In this document: positions 27,924 to 37,730 of the stretch, one piece after another | Layout: each line of letters opens with the position of its first letter | How positions within the stretch are numbered: the stretch's first letter is position 1 | Virus record (IMG/VR): IMGVR_UViG_3300024518_002533 | Location: 1-53,352 of that record | Length of the DNA: 53,352 nt | From: a virus | Taxonomy: Duplodnaviria; Caudoviricetes | Reading direction: 5' to 3' (one strand) | Made by a program: the position numbers and the translations under genes | The notes under the pieces: model-generated | Database searches by the model: none | What the model saw: the letters and a program-made list of their open reading frames with translations, nothing else | Told to the model about the DNA's origin: nothing

Positions 27924-28166
27924 TTACTGGCGAAGTATCGTCAAGATTTCTTCAAGACCTTCCATTATGTCCGCTATGTCCTGATCTCTTACAGGCTCCA
28001 TTCTGTGCAGGTCTTCAAGCACATCGCTAGGACGCGAGCTGAATAAGTTAACCACGATAATCAGAAGCACTATCGTCCACGGTATCAATCGGTTCCCTAT
28101 GAGGTTCCGGAATGCCTCTGTTCCCAATCCATCGGCGAAACTAATGATTGTCTTTTTTAGTGTCAT
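27924..28166 (-). CDS. Small single-TM membrane protein (lysis-associated?)
   Basis: LIPWTIVLLIIVVNLF helix; overlaps the holin-like gene. Confidence 0.55.
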   Translation of the reverse strand: MTLKKTIISFADGLGTEAFRNLIGNRLIPWTIVLLIIVVNLFSSRPSDVLEDLHRMEPVRDQDIADIMEGLEEILTILRQ

Positions 28167-28506
28167 CAGTTACGCCCAATTTCGCTTGGTAAAATTGCCA
28201 TACCCAGTCAAATGCTCGTTCGCCCAAGACACCAGTGCCAGCAGATAACGCGATATAGTAGCCCAGTCGAAAGCCTTCGGTTTTGGGGTCTTCAGAAATA
28301 TAGCCGACAACCGCCACTGAAAAAAATCCGGTCAGCACGCCCCATGCTAGAGTTTTTCCAACGCCCTGAAACTTGCCGTTGACGATGGCACGTGACATTC
28401 CAGCGAAAAAACCGACGATGAAAATTATCGTAAGAAATGATAGCCAACGTGTGTAAATGTCCATATCTTCACGTTTCCCAGTGGAATATTCGGTGCCAAA
28501 GATCAC
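28141..28506 (-). CDS. Holin-like protein (3 TM, LydA-like); start may be 28464
   Basis: Three hydrophobic helices, G..G..GERAFD motif, charged C-terminus. Confidence 0.65.
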   Translation of the reverse strand: MIFGTEYSTGKREDMDIYTRWLSFLTIIFIVGFFAGMSRAIVNGKFQGVGKTLAWGVLTGFFSVAVVGYISEDPKTEGFRLGYYIALSAGTGVLGERAFDWVWQFYQAKLGVTDDTKKDNH

Positions 28507-28611
28507 TTATCAGGCATGGAAGGAATCCCACTTGGGAATGGACTCTCCACGGCAACCGTCATCAATGGAAGTGGTGGCGGTTGTTTTCATTTTTACAGTG
28601 TATTAGCCCAC

Positions 28612-28714
28612 AAAAAAAGCCAGCGAATAATATCGCTGGCTTTTCGCCAATTCGACCATATTCCAGGTTAATATTTGCCATAAAAAAACAGCCCGCGAAG
28701 AATATCACGGGCTG
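28612..28714 (-). terminator. Two related terminator hairpins (28612-28644, 28682-28714)
   Basis: AAAAAAAGCCAGCGA-ataata-TCGCTGGCTTTT and AAAAAAACAGCCCGCGA-agaata-TCACGGGCTG on the plus strand. Confidence 0.7.
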
Positions 28715-28784
28715 CCGGTCTTTCGGGTGCTTCGTCTCAAAGCACCCGATCGAGGATCATGTGGCTCCTGCGCGTGTGTTCATT

Positions 28785-29279
28785 TTACAGCCGCCGCTCG
28801 AGTCGCTCAATTCGACGTTCGCGGCCACGGCGTAACCACCCTAAAGGATCAGCACCGCCGCGACGCAATAGCCCGCCGCGATCGCTACCGTAGCAGTCGC
28901 CGACAACCGGTGCCGCTCGTGGGGCTGGTTCGGTCTGGAATATCGTAGCACTGCCATGACAGCTACCGGGTGCTGCGTACACTTGCGAGCGAGGCACGGG
29001 TGCCGCTTGGATCTCCACTGGTCGAATCGTGGCCTGTCGCTGCACGGTCGTCGCAATGTCCATCGGGATCATCTGAGTCTCGGTGTACGTCTCGGCTTGC
29101 ATCGGAATGGATTGCATGGGGACGGACATGCGCACGCCCGGAACGGCTGCCACGACCGGCGTGCAACCCACACAGGGTACAGCCACCGCTGCCGGTACTG
29201 CGACTACCGATCGTAGTTCCTGGCCGGCTAATGCGACCGTAGCGAACGCTGCGACGATACAAAGTGCTGTGAATTTCAT
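28785..29279 (-). CDS. Secreted low-complexity Cys/Gly protein with an Arg-rich C-terminus
   Basis: Signal peptide MKFTALCIVAAFATVALA; PCVGC, GSCHG and GDCYG motifs. Confidence 0.65.
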   Translation of the reverse strand: MKFTALCIVAAFATVALAGQELRSVVAVPAAVAVPCVGCTPVVAAVPGVRMSVPMQSIPMQAETYTETQMIPMDIATTVQRQATIRPVEIQAAPVPRSQVYAAPGSCHGSATIFQTEPAPRAAPVVGDCYGSDRGGLLRRGGADPLGWLRRGRERRIERLERRL

Positions 29280-29330
29280 CTGAGTTACTCGCGAAAAAAG
29301 AAGTGTGTTAACGCTCTTTATCGTACCGAC

Positions 29331-30071
29331 TCACCGCCGCCAGCGGAACAGTCGCCCGCCCCGGTTCTGTGCGTGTCCTGTGGTTCTGCGTTGCATGACT
29401 CGACGCACGGGTTGCCGACCGCCTGTATTGACAATCCGCTGGTCGCTTCCGGAAAGTTGCAGGCAAAAATAGGTGCTGCGACCATTCGATGCACTGGCTG
29501 CCGCGCCTACCGGGTTGCCTGGCGTGTAAAGATAACACGCTCGGAAGTCATGTGCTCCCACCGTGCTCATTCCTACGCCCTCATAGCTTCCGCTGGTCCC
29601 TCCCGCGTGTGACATGCTACGCCGCCTAGCCTGGCTTTGCGCCTTTGCGTTCACGCTCGCCTGTAATCGCGGATCGTGGCGAATCGGATTCAGTCCGCGC
29701 TTGGCTCGCTGAGCGTTCGCCGCTGCAAGAGCGCTGCCGCCACCACCCGTCTGATAGCTGGCTTGCTGCGGCGCGTACGTGACTGGCGTCGAGTAAACAG
29801 GTTGATAGACCGTCGAACTGACGGCACCAGGGCGACGTCACGAGACGCAACCCGCCGGAGTCGATTGCGGCTGGGAGTAGACTACTGGCTGCTGGTACGT
29901 CGTTCGAACGGGTTGCTGATACGGATCAACGTACGTTTCGTCGATCGCAATCCCATACGATTCATCGATCTCCTGTCCGTCCGCCGCCGCGGCACAGATC
30001 ACGAATAGCATCGCACCGATCCACAGATACGCGATGCAAAATAGACACTGCTCGATTCGGTCCCACTTCAC
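29331..30071 (-). CDS. Secreted CAP/SCP-domain protein interrupted by an in-frame TGA (29838-29840)
   Basis: ORFs 29838-30071 and 29331-29654 share a frame with no other stop. The joined product contains ALAAANAQRAKRGLNPIRHDPRLQ...A...A....MSH...EGVG. Confidence 0.7.
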
Positions 30072-30301
30072 TTTTCACCCTCTCTCGGGTCAGCTGTAGC
30101 GTTCAACGTTATTTGATATCCTTCGTGTTCACTTTCTAGTTCGGAAATCCGCCGGCAAGCGAAGTGCAAAGCGAGTATCAAACCGCCTTTCAACTTCTTT
30201 GACTTTGCACGAAACTCAGCAGCTAGATTGAGCATCCGCTCATGGATTTCGATATGGTTACTTGGCATCCTGATTTCCATTGGTGATGATAGCGAACGCA
30301 A
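30068..30301 (-). CDS. Hypothetical protein
   Basis: Short ORF in a chain of overlapping genes. Confidence 0.45.
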   Translation of the reverse strand: MRSLSSPMEIRMPSNHIEIHERMLNLAAEFRAKSKKLKGGLILALHFACRRISELESEHEGYQITLNATADPREGEK

Positions 30302-30476
30302 CTTTCTTTAGTTCAGCAGAACCGCCGTTGCCGATTGCGTACTGTATCGCTTCCAGGCGTGCCGCATGCTGGCCTTCGATGAATGTGATCCGATCGACTA
30401 ACGCCGCTATCTGCGCGGTTCCGTTCCCGATGACCGTACCATCCATGGCACGTTTCACTAGCTCGTCTGCGTCCAA
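30258..30476 (-). CDS. Hypothetical protein
   Basis: 72 aa with SD AAGGA upstream. Confidence 0.5.
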   Translation of the reverse strand: MDADELVKRAMDGTVIGNGTAQIAALVDRITFIEGQHAARLEAIQYAIGNGGSAELKKVAFAIITNGNQDAK

Positions 30477-30498
30477 CGTTATTTCCTTGGTTGGTCAG

Positions 30499-31161
30499 CT
30501 AAAACCCAAATGTGAGTTGTCGATCGTCACCGCTTGCAACGTCAAGCCAACGCTTAGATCTCGCCCGTTTCTTGTCGCCCATATTCCAATTAATCACCGG
30601 CAATGCTGAGTCAACGGATTCTGCACCAATCGCAATAGCATCGCGTAAACGGTTAACGGTTGAACATCGGCCATAGTGAAATGGCTTTCCGTTCTCGTGG
30701 GCGAACTTACACCACGCGTTCGCGGATTGTTTAAACGCATTAGTTCCGCCCAGGAAAATGCCAGCAAAGTAGTCGATTACCTCCTGCACCATCGCTATCC
30801 CCATCCCGTCTTGCACCGCAAGATACCATGGCAATTCGCTGGGCAATCGATCCAACCAACGCATCGAGAAATCGAGCGACTCCGCACCTTGTGCCGGTAT
30901 GTCCGGAGTCACCGCAACTAAACAACGTTGGACGGCTGTTGGTTGAGCTAAAAACGCATCTAATCGTCTCTGCAAACGATTCGCATGAAATGGTTTTCCA
31001 GCTCGCCAGCTCGAATACGCCCCGTTGTCAAAACCGCAAATCTCTTTAGTCGTCTCGAACTTCGCAGGATCGCGAGCCCACATTCTTCCCCAATGGTGAC
31101 GCCTTAAATATCGGTCCAGACCGTTGGGCTGAACCGTATGCTCACCTAGTAAGATCATCAT
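30499..31161 (-). CDS. TGT/DpdA-like TIM-barrel protein (possible DNA base modification)
   Basis: DNGAYS.W, V.PD, AVQDG, IFLGG...K, HYGR, AESVDS motifs. Confidence 0.6.
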   Translation of the reverse strand: MMILLGEHTVQPNGLDRYLRRHHWGRMWARDPAKFETTKEICGFDNGAYSSWRAGKPFHANRLQRRLDAFLAQPTAVQRCLVAVTPDIPAQGAESLDFSMRWLDRLPSELPWYLAVQDGMGIAMVQEVIDYFAGIFLGGTNAFKQSANAWCKFAHENGKPFHYGRCSTVNRLRDAIAIGAESVDSALPVINWNMGDKKRARSKRWLDVASGDDRQLTFGF

Positions 31162-31814
31162 GGCTTCCCCAGTGCCGCTAGATGACCGTCGAGCCGCTCT
31201 CGGTCCATATACTGATCGTCCCACTTAGTTGCCTTCGTGCTGCCCGTCCATTTCACTCGCCAAAACGGTTGATCGTCCATCTCTTCCACGACGTCTATGA
31301 TGGTCGCACCCTCGGCTGTGAACGCCTTCCGCTCGTTCCCGTTCCACTGGTCGCAGCTCTCGCATGGATACGGTGGTTTGGCGGTCTTCATGTAAATCGT
31401 CACGCCTACTAACGTTTTGGCTGGGCGTTTTGTCGAAACTGGCAGCGGTGGCTGTACTACCGCTGCTGGTGCTGATTCGATGGGAGAAAACGTATCGCTC
31501 CCATCGGGAAGCTCTCGCACGATTAGAATCGTGGACTTCATCAGCGTCGCCTGCACTAACACGCCGTCAACAAAATCGGATCCTACGATCGTTAACAGGT
31601 GGTATCCCGGCTCGGCTTCGAACGTGCAGCTGTTGTTATCCGCAACTTCCGAAGTCGCACCGCTGAAGCAAAATGCATAGTACTTGTGATGCTTGTTCAG
31701 GGTCACGGTGATTGGAGACACCGCTGCCGTTACCTTCACGTAGTCGGTTTCTATATCGACTTCGCCGCCGATGGATGCCGCTGCGAGCCAAAGAAATAGA
31801 ATTATGGTTCGCAT
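31158..31814 (-). CDS. Secreted protein with a C-terminal thioredoxin-like CxxC domain
   Basis: Signal peptide MRTIILFLWLAAAS; PCESCDQW and QPFW motifs. Confidence 0.55.
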   Translation of the reverse strand: MRTIILFLWLAAASIGGEVDIETDYVKVTAAVSPITVTLNKHHKYYAFCFSGATSEVADNNSCTFEAEPGYHLLTIVGSDFVDGVLVQATLMKSTILIVRELPDGSDTFSPIESAPAAVVQPPLPVSTKRPAKTLVGVTIYMKTAKPPYPCESCDQWNGNERKAFTAEGATIIDVVEEMDDQPFWRVKWTGSTKATKWDDQYMDRERLDGHLAALGKP

Positions 31815-31856
31815 TAGTTAATTCCCCCCCTGTTGTGTCTTGCAATCTGTCATGAT

Positions 31857-32678
31857 TTAATCAAACTCGATCTGCTCGTAATCGTCGAGGGTTAGGTGCC
31901 ACTCGTCATCGTCTGGCAATGGGTCTGGATCAGGTGGGCCCGGTTCTTCCGGGTCAACTTCGAGCGAATATATCTCTTGGGCGAACGCTCGATCCTGGTC
32001 GTTGATTTCTAACCCGCCCGGTATCGGTTCGCGGCTCTTCGTGCAGCTCGCCGGGAAGCTATACGCCATGATGCTAGTCTCGTCCGCATCCGTCGACGTC
32101 AACCCGCTCTCTGGTTGCACCGTGAGTATCTGCTGATCCACCGTGCGACGGCTCCAACCGCTCGTCCGGCGGAAGTGGGCGTAACACCCCTGCGAATCGA
32201 GTCGGTCGATGATCTCTTCCCGTGAGTGCTCGTGCGGAAAACCTAGCGTGTGACCAAACTCATGACAGACCACGAGGTCCCACTGGCTATCGGGTGTCGA
32301 GACCGTGAACCCTTCCAGGTTCATCGTCGGTCGGTTTTTCGGAATGGAAAGAATGTCAGTCCCGAGGTAGGACCAATAGCCACCGGCACCCATCGATATG
32401 CGAACGTTGCCAGTCCCGTTCGTGTAGCGGAAGATAATTCCGCATTGCCATTTGTTTGCGTAGAGCAGGATCTTGTCGCGGAATGCCGGCGTAGTCCCAT
32501 CCGTAAACGAAACGGTCAACTCTGTGCGACTCGGTTTGAACTGCTTCGTGGTGAGCAGCGCTATCCGCTGAGGCTCTACGATTCCCGCCGGGTGATTGTG
32601 CGGGTTCTCCGCCACCGCGCGTCTGAGTAGCTCGTCCTGGTGTTTCTTCGGCGGGTCAATCGGTCGGCAGGCCTGCAT
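31857..32678 (-). CDS. Astacin/M12-family zinc metalloprotease
   Basis: HEFGHTLGFPHEH zinc motif, SIMAY Met-turn, WSYLGTD, PTMNL. Confidence 0.9.
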   Translation of the reverse strand: MQACRPIDPPKKHQDELLRRAVAENPHNHPAGIVEPQRIALLTTKQFKPSRTELTVSFTDGTTPAFRDKILLYANKWQCGIIFRYTNGTGNVRISMGAGGYWSYLGTDILSIPKNRPTMNLEGFTVSTPDSQWDLVVCHEFGHTLGFPHEHSREEIIDRLDSQGCYAHFRRTSGWSRRTVDQQILTVQPESGLTSTDADETSIMAYSFPASCTKSREPIPGGLEINDQDRAFAQEIYSLEVDPEEPGPPDPDPLPDDDEWHLTLDDYEQIEFD

Positions 32679-32865
32679 TTTCCATCTCCATAGCTTTGTT
32701 AGCGCACTCTAGACACCAATTCGCCCATTCGCCGCATCGCTGTCCGTCGTTGCGGTCGATGGTAGTCAGTAGGTGTTGAGCGTGTAGGTAGCGGACCTCC
32801 ATAGACGGTAGAGGCTCGCCGCACAAAGCCTTCTTGCCGTCGCCGCAATCCGCATGAATGCTCAT
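32656..32865 (-). CDS. Small Cys/His zinc-binding hypothetical protein
   Basis: H...ALCG...WCLEC. Confidence 0.5.
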   Translation of the reverse strand: MSIHADCGDGKKALCGEPLPSMEVRYLHAQHLLTTIDRNDGQRCGEWANWCLECANKAMEMENAGLPTD

Positions 32866-33170
32866 GCTTCATCGCGTTCTGTGCGCCACTGTTTGACAAC
32901 GCGCTGGAAATCACCCCTCGACAATGCCGCTAGTTCGTTTGCGACATTCCGCTCGGTGGCTTCCTTCCTCTCTCGTCGTTCACTGCGTGACCAGCCCATT
33001 TCTCTGCCGTGCCTGCGCGCGAGGCGCGTCACATCTCGCGACGAGTAGTTCTGAAGACGCTTCAACCGCCGGGAGTCTCTGCGATGGCGGGTGTCGTAGT
33101 GCGATTCCGACTCCTCGCAACGGTCCATTAGCAAAAAGATAAAATCCATGATTGTGTCAATAATCGACAT
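32862..33170 (-). CDS. Hypothetical Arg-rich protein
   Basis: SD GAGG and an upstream TGGTATACT extended -10. Confidence 0.55.
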   Translation of the reverse strand: MSIIDTIMDFIFLLMDRCEESESHYDTRHRRDSRRLKRLQNYSSRDVTRLARRHGREMGWSRSERRERKEATERNVANELAALSRGDFQRVVKQWRTERDEA

Positions 33171-33269
33171 CAAATAACCTCGGTTGCAGAAGCGGACTTC
33201 CCGCAACGAGTATACCACCGAACCGGTGGCGCCTAGTCCCCAATTCGGGTTTTGCGGTGACCCGCAATC

Positions 33270-35678
33270 TTAGACCGGAGAGAAAACCGTTGTTCCGTCT
33301 TGATCCGTCCAGACATCGGAGGCTAGAGCGCCAGACGCGTAGACCATGCGACTGGACGTCGTCGCCCAGACTGGCTTCGGTAGCCGCTTGTCTCCAGTGT
33401 TGATAGGATCACCGACGGCTAGCAGCTGTGCATCTGTCGCCGTGACATGTGCGTAGACAATGTTTGGTACAATATCCGCCTCAAGCGAGATATTCCGACA
33501 ACCGATGATTTCCACCTCTTGCCCATTTTCGCCAAAGACAGCCGCGCCAGTAATTGACGAAAAATCGGTGTCCTTAATCACTGCCCCTGTCACCAGCGCC
33601 GGATACAACATCCGAACATCGAGATTCAGTTTTTCTAGCGTTGTGTTATTTCGTTGGACGTAAAGGGAATAAGAGCCGGTGGTGCCTGTCGTCGTGATAT
33701 TCTTTAGCGACGAAATGCCAGTTCCAGCCACCGCCCAGACTGCTGGCAGCCCTGCGCAATTCACAACCGTGAGCCCATCGACGTTCACCGATGCGCCTAA
33801 AATTGCGCCCTTCTGCGTCGCGACGTTATCACAGTCAATGTAGACATCCTTCAGCGTTGCGCTGCCGCTCACATTCAGCAGGTCGTTGCTGGCTGGAAGT
33901 GCCTTAGCACCTCGAAGAATTTCGCAGTTCGTCATTGAGAAATGAGCATGCGAGGAAGTTGACGGACCAACGCTAACTCGATATCCACCGTCAATAAAGA
34001 AGCAATTGACAATATTTACACGCTGATGGTCGCCACATCCAAACGGGTTTCTGATGGACTCGAAGTCAAACCAGTTCGTTACGTTCAGGTTCCAGCTTCC
34101 GTCGACTTTATTCTGGCCGCAACGCATAGATAGAAGATTTGAGAAATTGCCGTTGGCACCGCCAGAACCGTCGCCAGCGTCACCGCTCCAATTGAACCCA
34201 ACGCCCTCGCAATCATAGCAACGTAAATGTGAGCCTTCGAAATATCTGTCTCCGATATCATTGATAGTGTCTTTCATTCCGAAGCCGGTAGTGCAATCTC
34301 GAGCCTCGCAGTCATGGAAAAAGATATTGCCGCCGATTATGGTGAAGCCGGCGCCGTTTGTTTCCCCAGGACCAGTGTTAAGCGCCGTGCAACCGCTGTA
34401 GCGTATGTGCTCGATGAAATCACCCGGCGCAACCTCAACCGCCTGGAAGCAGGCAATAGTCGAGCCTGTGTTGTTGGGTTGGTTCGCATCGCAAATCAAA
34501 TCGTTGACAGAAATGCGCTGTGTTGTGTTCCCGTCTCGTGCATAGAACTGCAAAACGCCGAAAACGTTCGCAGGCAAGCCAGCCACGTTATTTTGTATTC
34601 GAAGCGTTGAACCGTTGCCGTTCAGCGTGATACCGTTCTGTTCCCAGTCAATCACCAGCATCGCCTCTAACAGACCTTCGGTAGTTACTAGCGTGTAAAT
34701 TGCATCCTTCGCAAACTCCACCACTGGCGCGCCAGCATGGATCGCTGCGCTAATTGCCGGCTGAGAATCAAACGTCGAATCATTCGGCTTTGCTCCAAAA
34801 CGATCAACGTGCGCTATGGTCTTATCTAGTGCCTCCCACCAGTCGTCTACATCCGAGCCATACCAGCCGAATCCACCCTCTGCCACCGGGCGACCAGATG
34901 CCCTGTAACGGAATAGCCAAGGGAGTGTATCGCCAACAACGTAAAAGCCCCGAAGCGTTATTACGGTCCCATCCCCCAGCGCCGGCGATGTTGCGACCAT
35001 CTCCGCTCTCGTGTCGTAGCCAATCGCCGTCGCTCCAATCGCCGCAATGTCTGCGGTGTTGGTTGCTATGTTCCCGGTGTTAGTGGCGATGTTTCCTAGA
35101 TTCGTGGAAATGTCGGCCGCGTTTGTTCCGATGTTGGTGACGTTTGTCGCGATGTTAGTTGCATTCGTTCCGATGTTTGTAACGTTGGTTGCGATGTCAC
35201 CCGCGTTAGTTCCGATATCCGTAACGTTTGTCGAAATCCCAGCCGCATTTGTCGCGATGTCGGTATCGTTAGAAGCGATATTCGCCGCGTTCGCCGCTAT
35301 CGAAATCGTGTTGCCTGCGATGTCCAGAAGCGTGAAGGTTGCGCCGTCCGTAACGTAGATGTCGCCGTTGCTGGCGAAGTGTAGACCGGGTGTGGTCCTG
35401 CTTGCCGGATGACCTGGAGACACATCGCCGACTTGCTCGTAACTGACAGTGTTGACAACCTGATGATCACCGCCCGAAATGATCTCGTAGGTAAGACCGT
35501 CCGGCGTGTACAGATACCGGTCGCCGATGTTGTAATCCGTGTCGTTGGTCAGCGGATGTGTGATCCGATTCGTCTGCAACGTGCCTTTCGCACAGCGGTC
35601 AATCAGGTTGCCAAAATCTAGCTCGCTGGGTCGGTCGGCTGTTTCGAATAACGCTTTGACTTCATCGATTGTTGACAT
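33270..35678 (-). CDS. Tailspike/tail fibre: heptad coiled coil plus pectate-lyase-like beta-helix
   Basis: (NATNIAT)-type heptads at about 35050-35300; FGAKPND...AI.AAI entry motif; Asn/Cys ladder repeats. Confidence 0.8.
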   Translation of the reverse strand: MSTIDEVKALFETADRPSELDFGNLIDRCAKGTLQTNRITHPLTNDTDYNIGDRYLYTPDGLTYEIISGGDHQVVNTVSYEQVGDVSPGHPASRTTPGLHFASNGDIYVTDGATFTLLDIAGNTISIAANAANIASNDTDIATNAAGISTNVTDIGTNAGDIATNVTNIGTNATNIATNVTNIGTNAADISTNLGNIATNTGNIATNTADIAAIGATAIGYDTRAEMVATSPALGDGTVITLRGFYVVGDTLPWLFRYRASGRPVAEGGFGWYGSDVDDWWEALDKTIAHVDRFGAKPNDSTFDSQPAISAAIHAGAPVVEFAKDAIYTLVTTEGLLEAMLVIDWEQNGITLNGNGSTLRIQNNVAGLPANVFGVLQFYARDGNTTQRISVNDLICDANQPNNTGSTIACFQAVEVAPGDFIEHIRYSGCTALNTGPGETNGAGFTIIGGNIFFHDCEARDCTTGFGMKDTINDIGDRYFEGSHLRCYDCEGVGFNWSGDAGDGSGGANGNFSNLLSMRCGQNKVDGSWNLNVTNWFDFESIRNPFGCGDHQRVNIVNCFFIDGGYRVSVGPSTSSHAHFSMTNCEILRGAKALPASNDLLNVSGSATLKDVYIDCDNVATQKGAILGASVNVDGLTVVNCAGLPAVWAVAGTGISSLKNITTTGTTGSYSLYVQRNNTTLEKLNLDVRMLYPALVTGAVIKDTDFSSITGAAVFGENGQEVEIIGCRNISLEADIVPNIVYAHVTATDAQLLAVGDPINTGDKRLPKPVWATTSSRMVYASGALASDVWTDQDGTTVFSPV

Positions 35679-35698
35679 GGTTTATCCTACCAACATAA

Positions 35699-37447
35699 TT
35701 AGTTAGCCCAGTTTGCGAACGCCCAAGTCTTTTCGATCCCGAATTGTGCAGCAGCAACAAAGCAGCCCATATTGGCCTGGTTAATGGCGTCATAGCCAGC
35801 AGGATAGCACGGGTCCGAAACGCCAGCGTCAATCGCGTCGGAGAACTTTTCCCACTCCGCAATCTGTCCGCTGGCATCCTGAAGCAAGAACACTCCCCAG
35901 CCAACGACTGGTTTATCTTCGCCCGGTGGAATTGGATTGTCGACAGTCGTGCCGTCTGCGTACTGGTAAAATACAACGCAACCCGAACCGTCATCATTGA
36001 ACAGCTCGAAGTTTTTTCGGTATCCAGCCGTCAAGGGGTCAACTTCCGCGATTGCCGTAGCGTCAATCAGTACGCCAGTCGACTTCATCGCCAGCGTTAC
36101 TTGTGGGTTGCGCACATAGTGTGCGAGGTCGTAAACCGTTTGGTCTGAAAACAGCGTATGTCCAGATGCGTGGTACGTCGTGCCGCCGGTAATTGTGCGG
36201 CTGTATTGCGTTGAAGTCTGCCCGATGAGAATCCCCGAAACGTACTCGAACCACTTGCGGAAATCTGCTACCGCAACATCGTTCAGCGGTGCTGGAAGAA
36301 CGTCCGTTACAGTGAAGACCAGCGGCAGCGTTAGCGCCCATTGCGTGTACCAATAATGAATATACGCGTCCGACGTAGCCATTAGGAGGATTTTATCTCT
36401 AAACGCATACGGCGCATCACTGTCCGTTGGGTCCAGTTCCAATCCAGCCTTCTCCGCTGCGTAGTTCATGCTACGCCCATCGTCGCCGTCGCTTAGGTGG
36501 TATCTCTCGACCTGCAGCGCCATAAAGTTGATCCACGTGGTCGCCTTCGATTTGTCGCTGGCGCTTGTGTAGACGCTCCGCAAGATGCGATCGGCGATGA
36601 TGCAAACAGATTGAATGTACTGCATCGAGTGAACGTGACCGAGGTTTGCCCATGCTGCGTACTGCGTCACAGTGGCAACTTGCTTGCTGTTCATCTGCGA
36701 CAGCGTGTTCGTGTATCCGTGCAACGCCCAGTTGCTACCAAGCGCCGGGTCGCTGCCGTAGTCAACATCCACATCAACCGTCGCGGCTGCTGCTGCGTTT
36801 AGATGGTCAATCATCTCAATCAACTTGTCCATGTGTCTGCGTGCGCGAACCGGCTCGCCTGCACGCTGGTTGACTTCGAAGGCCAAATGCAGCGGGGATC
36901 CATAGATTTGCAGATTGTAAAACGGGAAGATTCGAGATACGTGGTCGATGTCGTCAGCAATCACCTTGTAGTTGTCTAGCGTGCTCTGGAACGCCGCATC
37001 GTCGACGTAGGCGCTGATTTTCTCCGCGAGCGTAGCCGATGGCGGAATTGTTGCGCCCCAAGCAAAGAAATCGTTGTTCAGCGATAGCAGCAAATCCCTC
37101 AGCACCGAAGGAAGCGCGCCATTTGGGTATGCGGTGATTTTGTCTCGCAGGTCTTGGACGTTGCTGGTGTCGCCCCCGCGGTTGCTCACATCGATAGCGA
37201 TCTGATCGACTAGATACGTGTACGCTTCGCGCTGGTCTGCGATGGAAATGGCCGCCGAGTAGTTCTCTGGAAGCAACGCGCCTATGCGGACTTGAATGTC
37301 CGTTCTGACTGCGGATGTCAGCCGTAAATCGTCGAGATCTGCCAGCGATATAACGCTAACTTGTACGTCTGTCGCGCTCACCTGCCGAGATACGTTGTCG
37401 TAAATCAGCGAAGCAATCAGGGTGTCAGTTTCCGTTTTCGTCGCCAT
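35699..37447 (-). CDS. Hypothetical virion-associated protein (helical catalytic-like C-domain)
   Basis: 582 aa; N-terminal repeated DN...I/VS.TD motifs; co-transcribed with the tailspike gene. Confidence 0.5.
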   Translation of the reverse strand: MATKTETDTLIASLIYDNVSRQVSATDVQVSVISLADLDDLRLTSAVRTDIQVRIGALLPENYSAAISIADQREAYTYLVDQIAIDVSNRGGDTSNVQDLRDKITAYPNGALPSVLRDLLLSLNNDFFAWGATIPPSATLAEKISAYVDDAAFQSTLDNYKVIADDIDHVSRIFPFYNLQIYGSPLHLAFEVNQRAGEPVRARRHMDKLIEMIDHLNAAAAATVDVDVDYGSDPALGSNWALHGYTNTLSQMNSKQVATVTQYAAWANLGHVHSMQYIQSVCIIADRILRSVYTSASDKSKATTWINFMALQVERYHLSDGDDGRSMNYAAEKAGLELDPTDSDAPYAFRDKILLMATSDAYIHYWYTQWALTLPLVFTVTDVLPAPLNDVAVADFRKWFEYVSGILIGQTSTQYSRTITGGTTYHASGHTLFSDQTVYDLAHYVRNPQVTLAMKSTGVLIDATAIAEVDPLTAGYRKNFELFNDDGSGCVVFYQYADGTTVDNPIPPGEDKPVVGWGVFLLQDASGQIAEWEKFSDAIDAGVSDPCYPAGYDAINQANMGCFVAAAQFGIEKTWAFANWAN

Positions 37448-37730
37448 ATCGCCCTCGTTCGAATCGAGTTTAGACCGCCGGGGCGCCCAGACTCTCAACC
37501 AGGCGCCCCTTGGGTCGAACAAGGTATGGTCCCAACAGAAACCACAATCCCATAGCCGACAAACTAGGGATGATTCCGCGAATAGTCAACCGATTTTGAC
37601 GGTTTGCGGCTGTTCTGGCTCGCACGCCTCGCAGGATTCTCGGCAATCATGGTATGTAAAGTTGCGTTCTATCTGGTCACTCAACATCGGTAGGCTCCGG
37701 TTCGAATCACGTCGAGCGCGTGCAGGAGGC

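Noticed and set aside
27739-27984. UGA read-through extension of gene 26392-27738
   Set aside because: The downstream frame is not protein-like, overlaps a structured inverted repeat and a convergent gene, and has no Cys-motif context.
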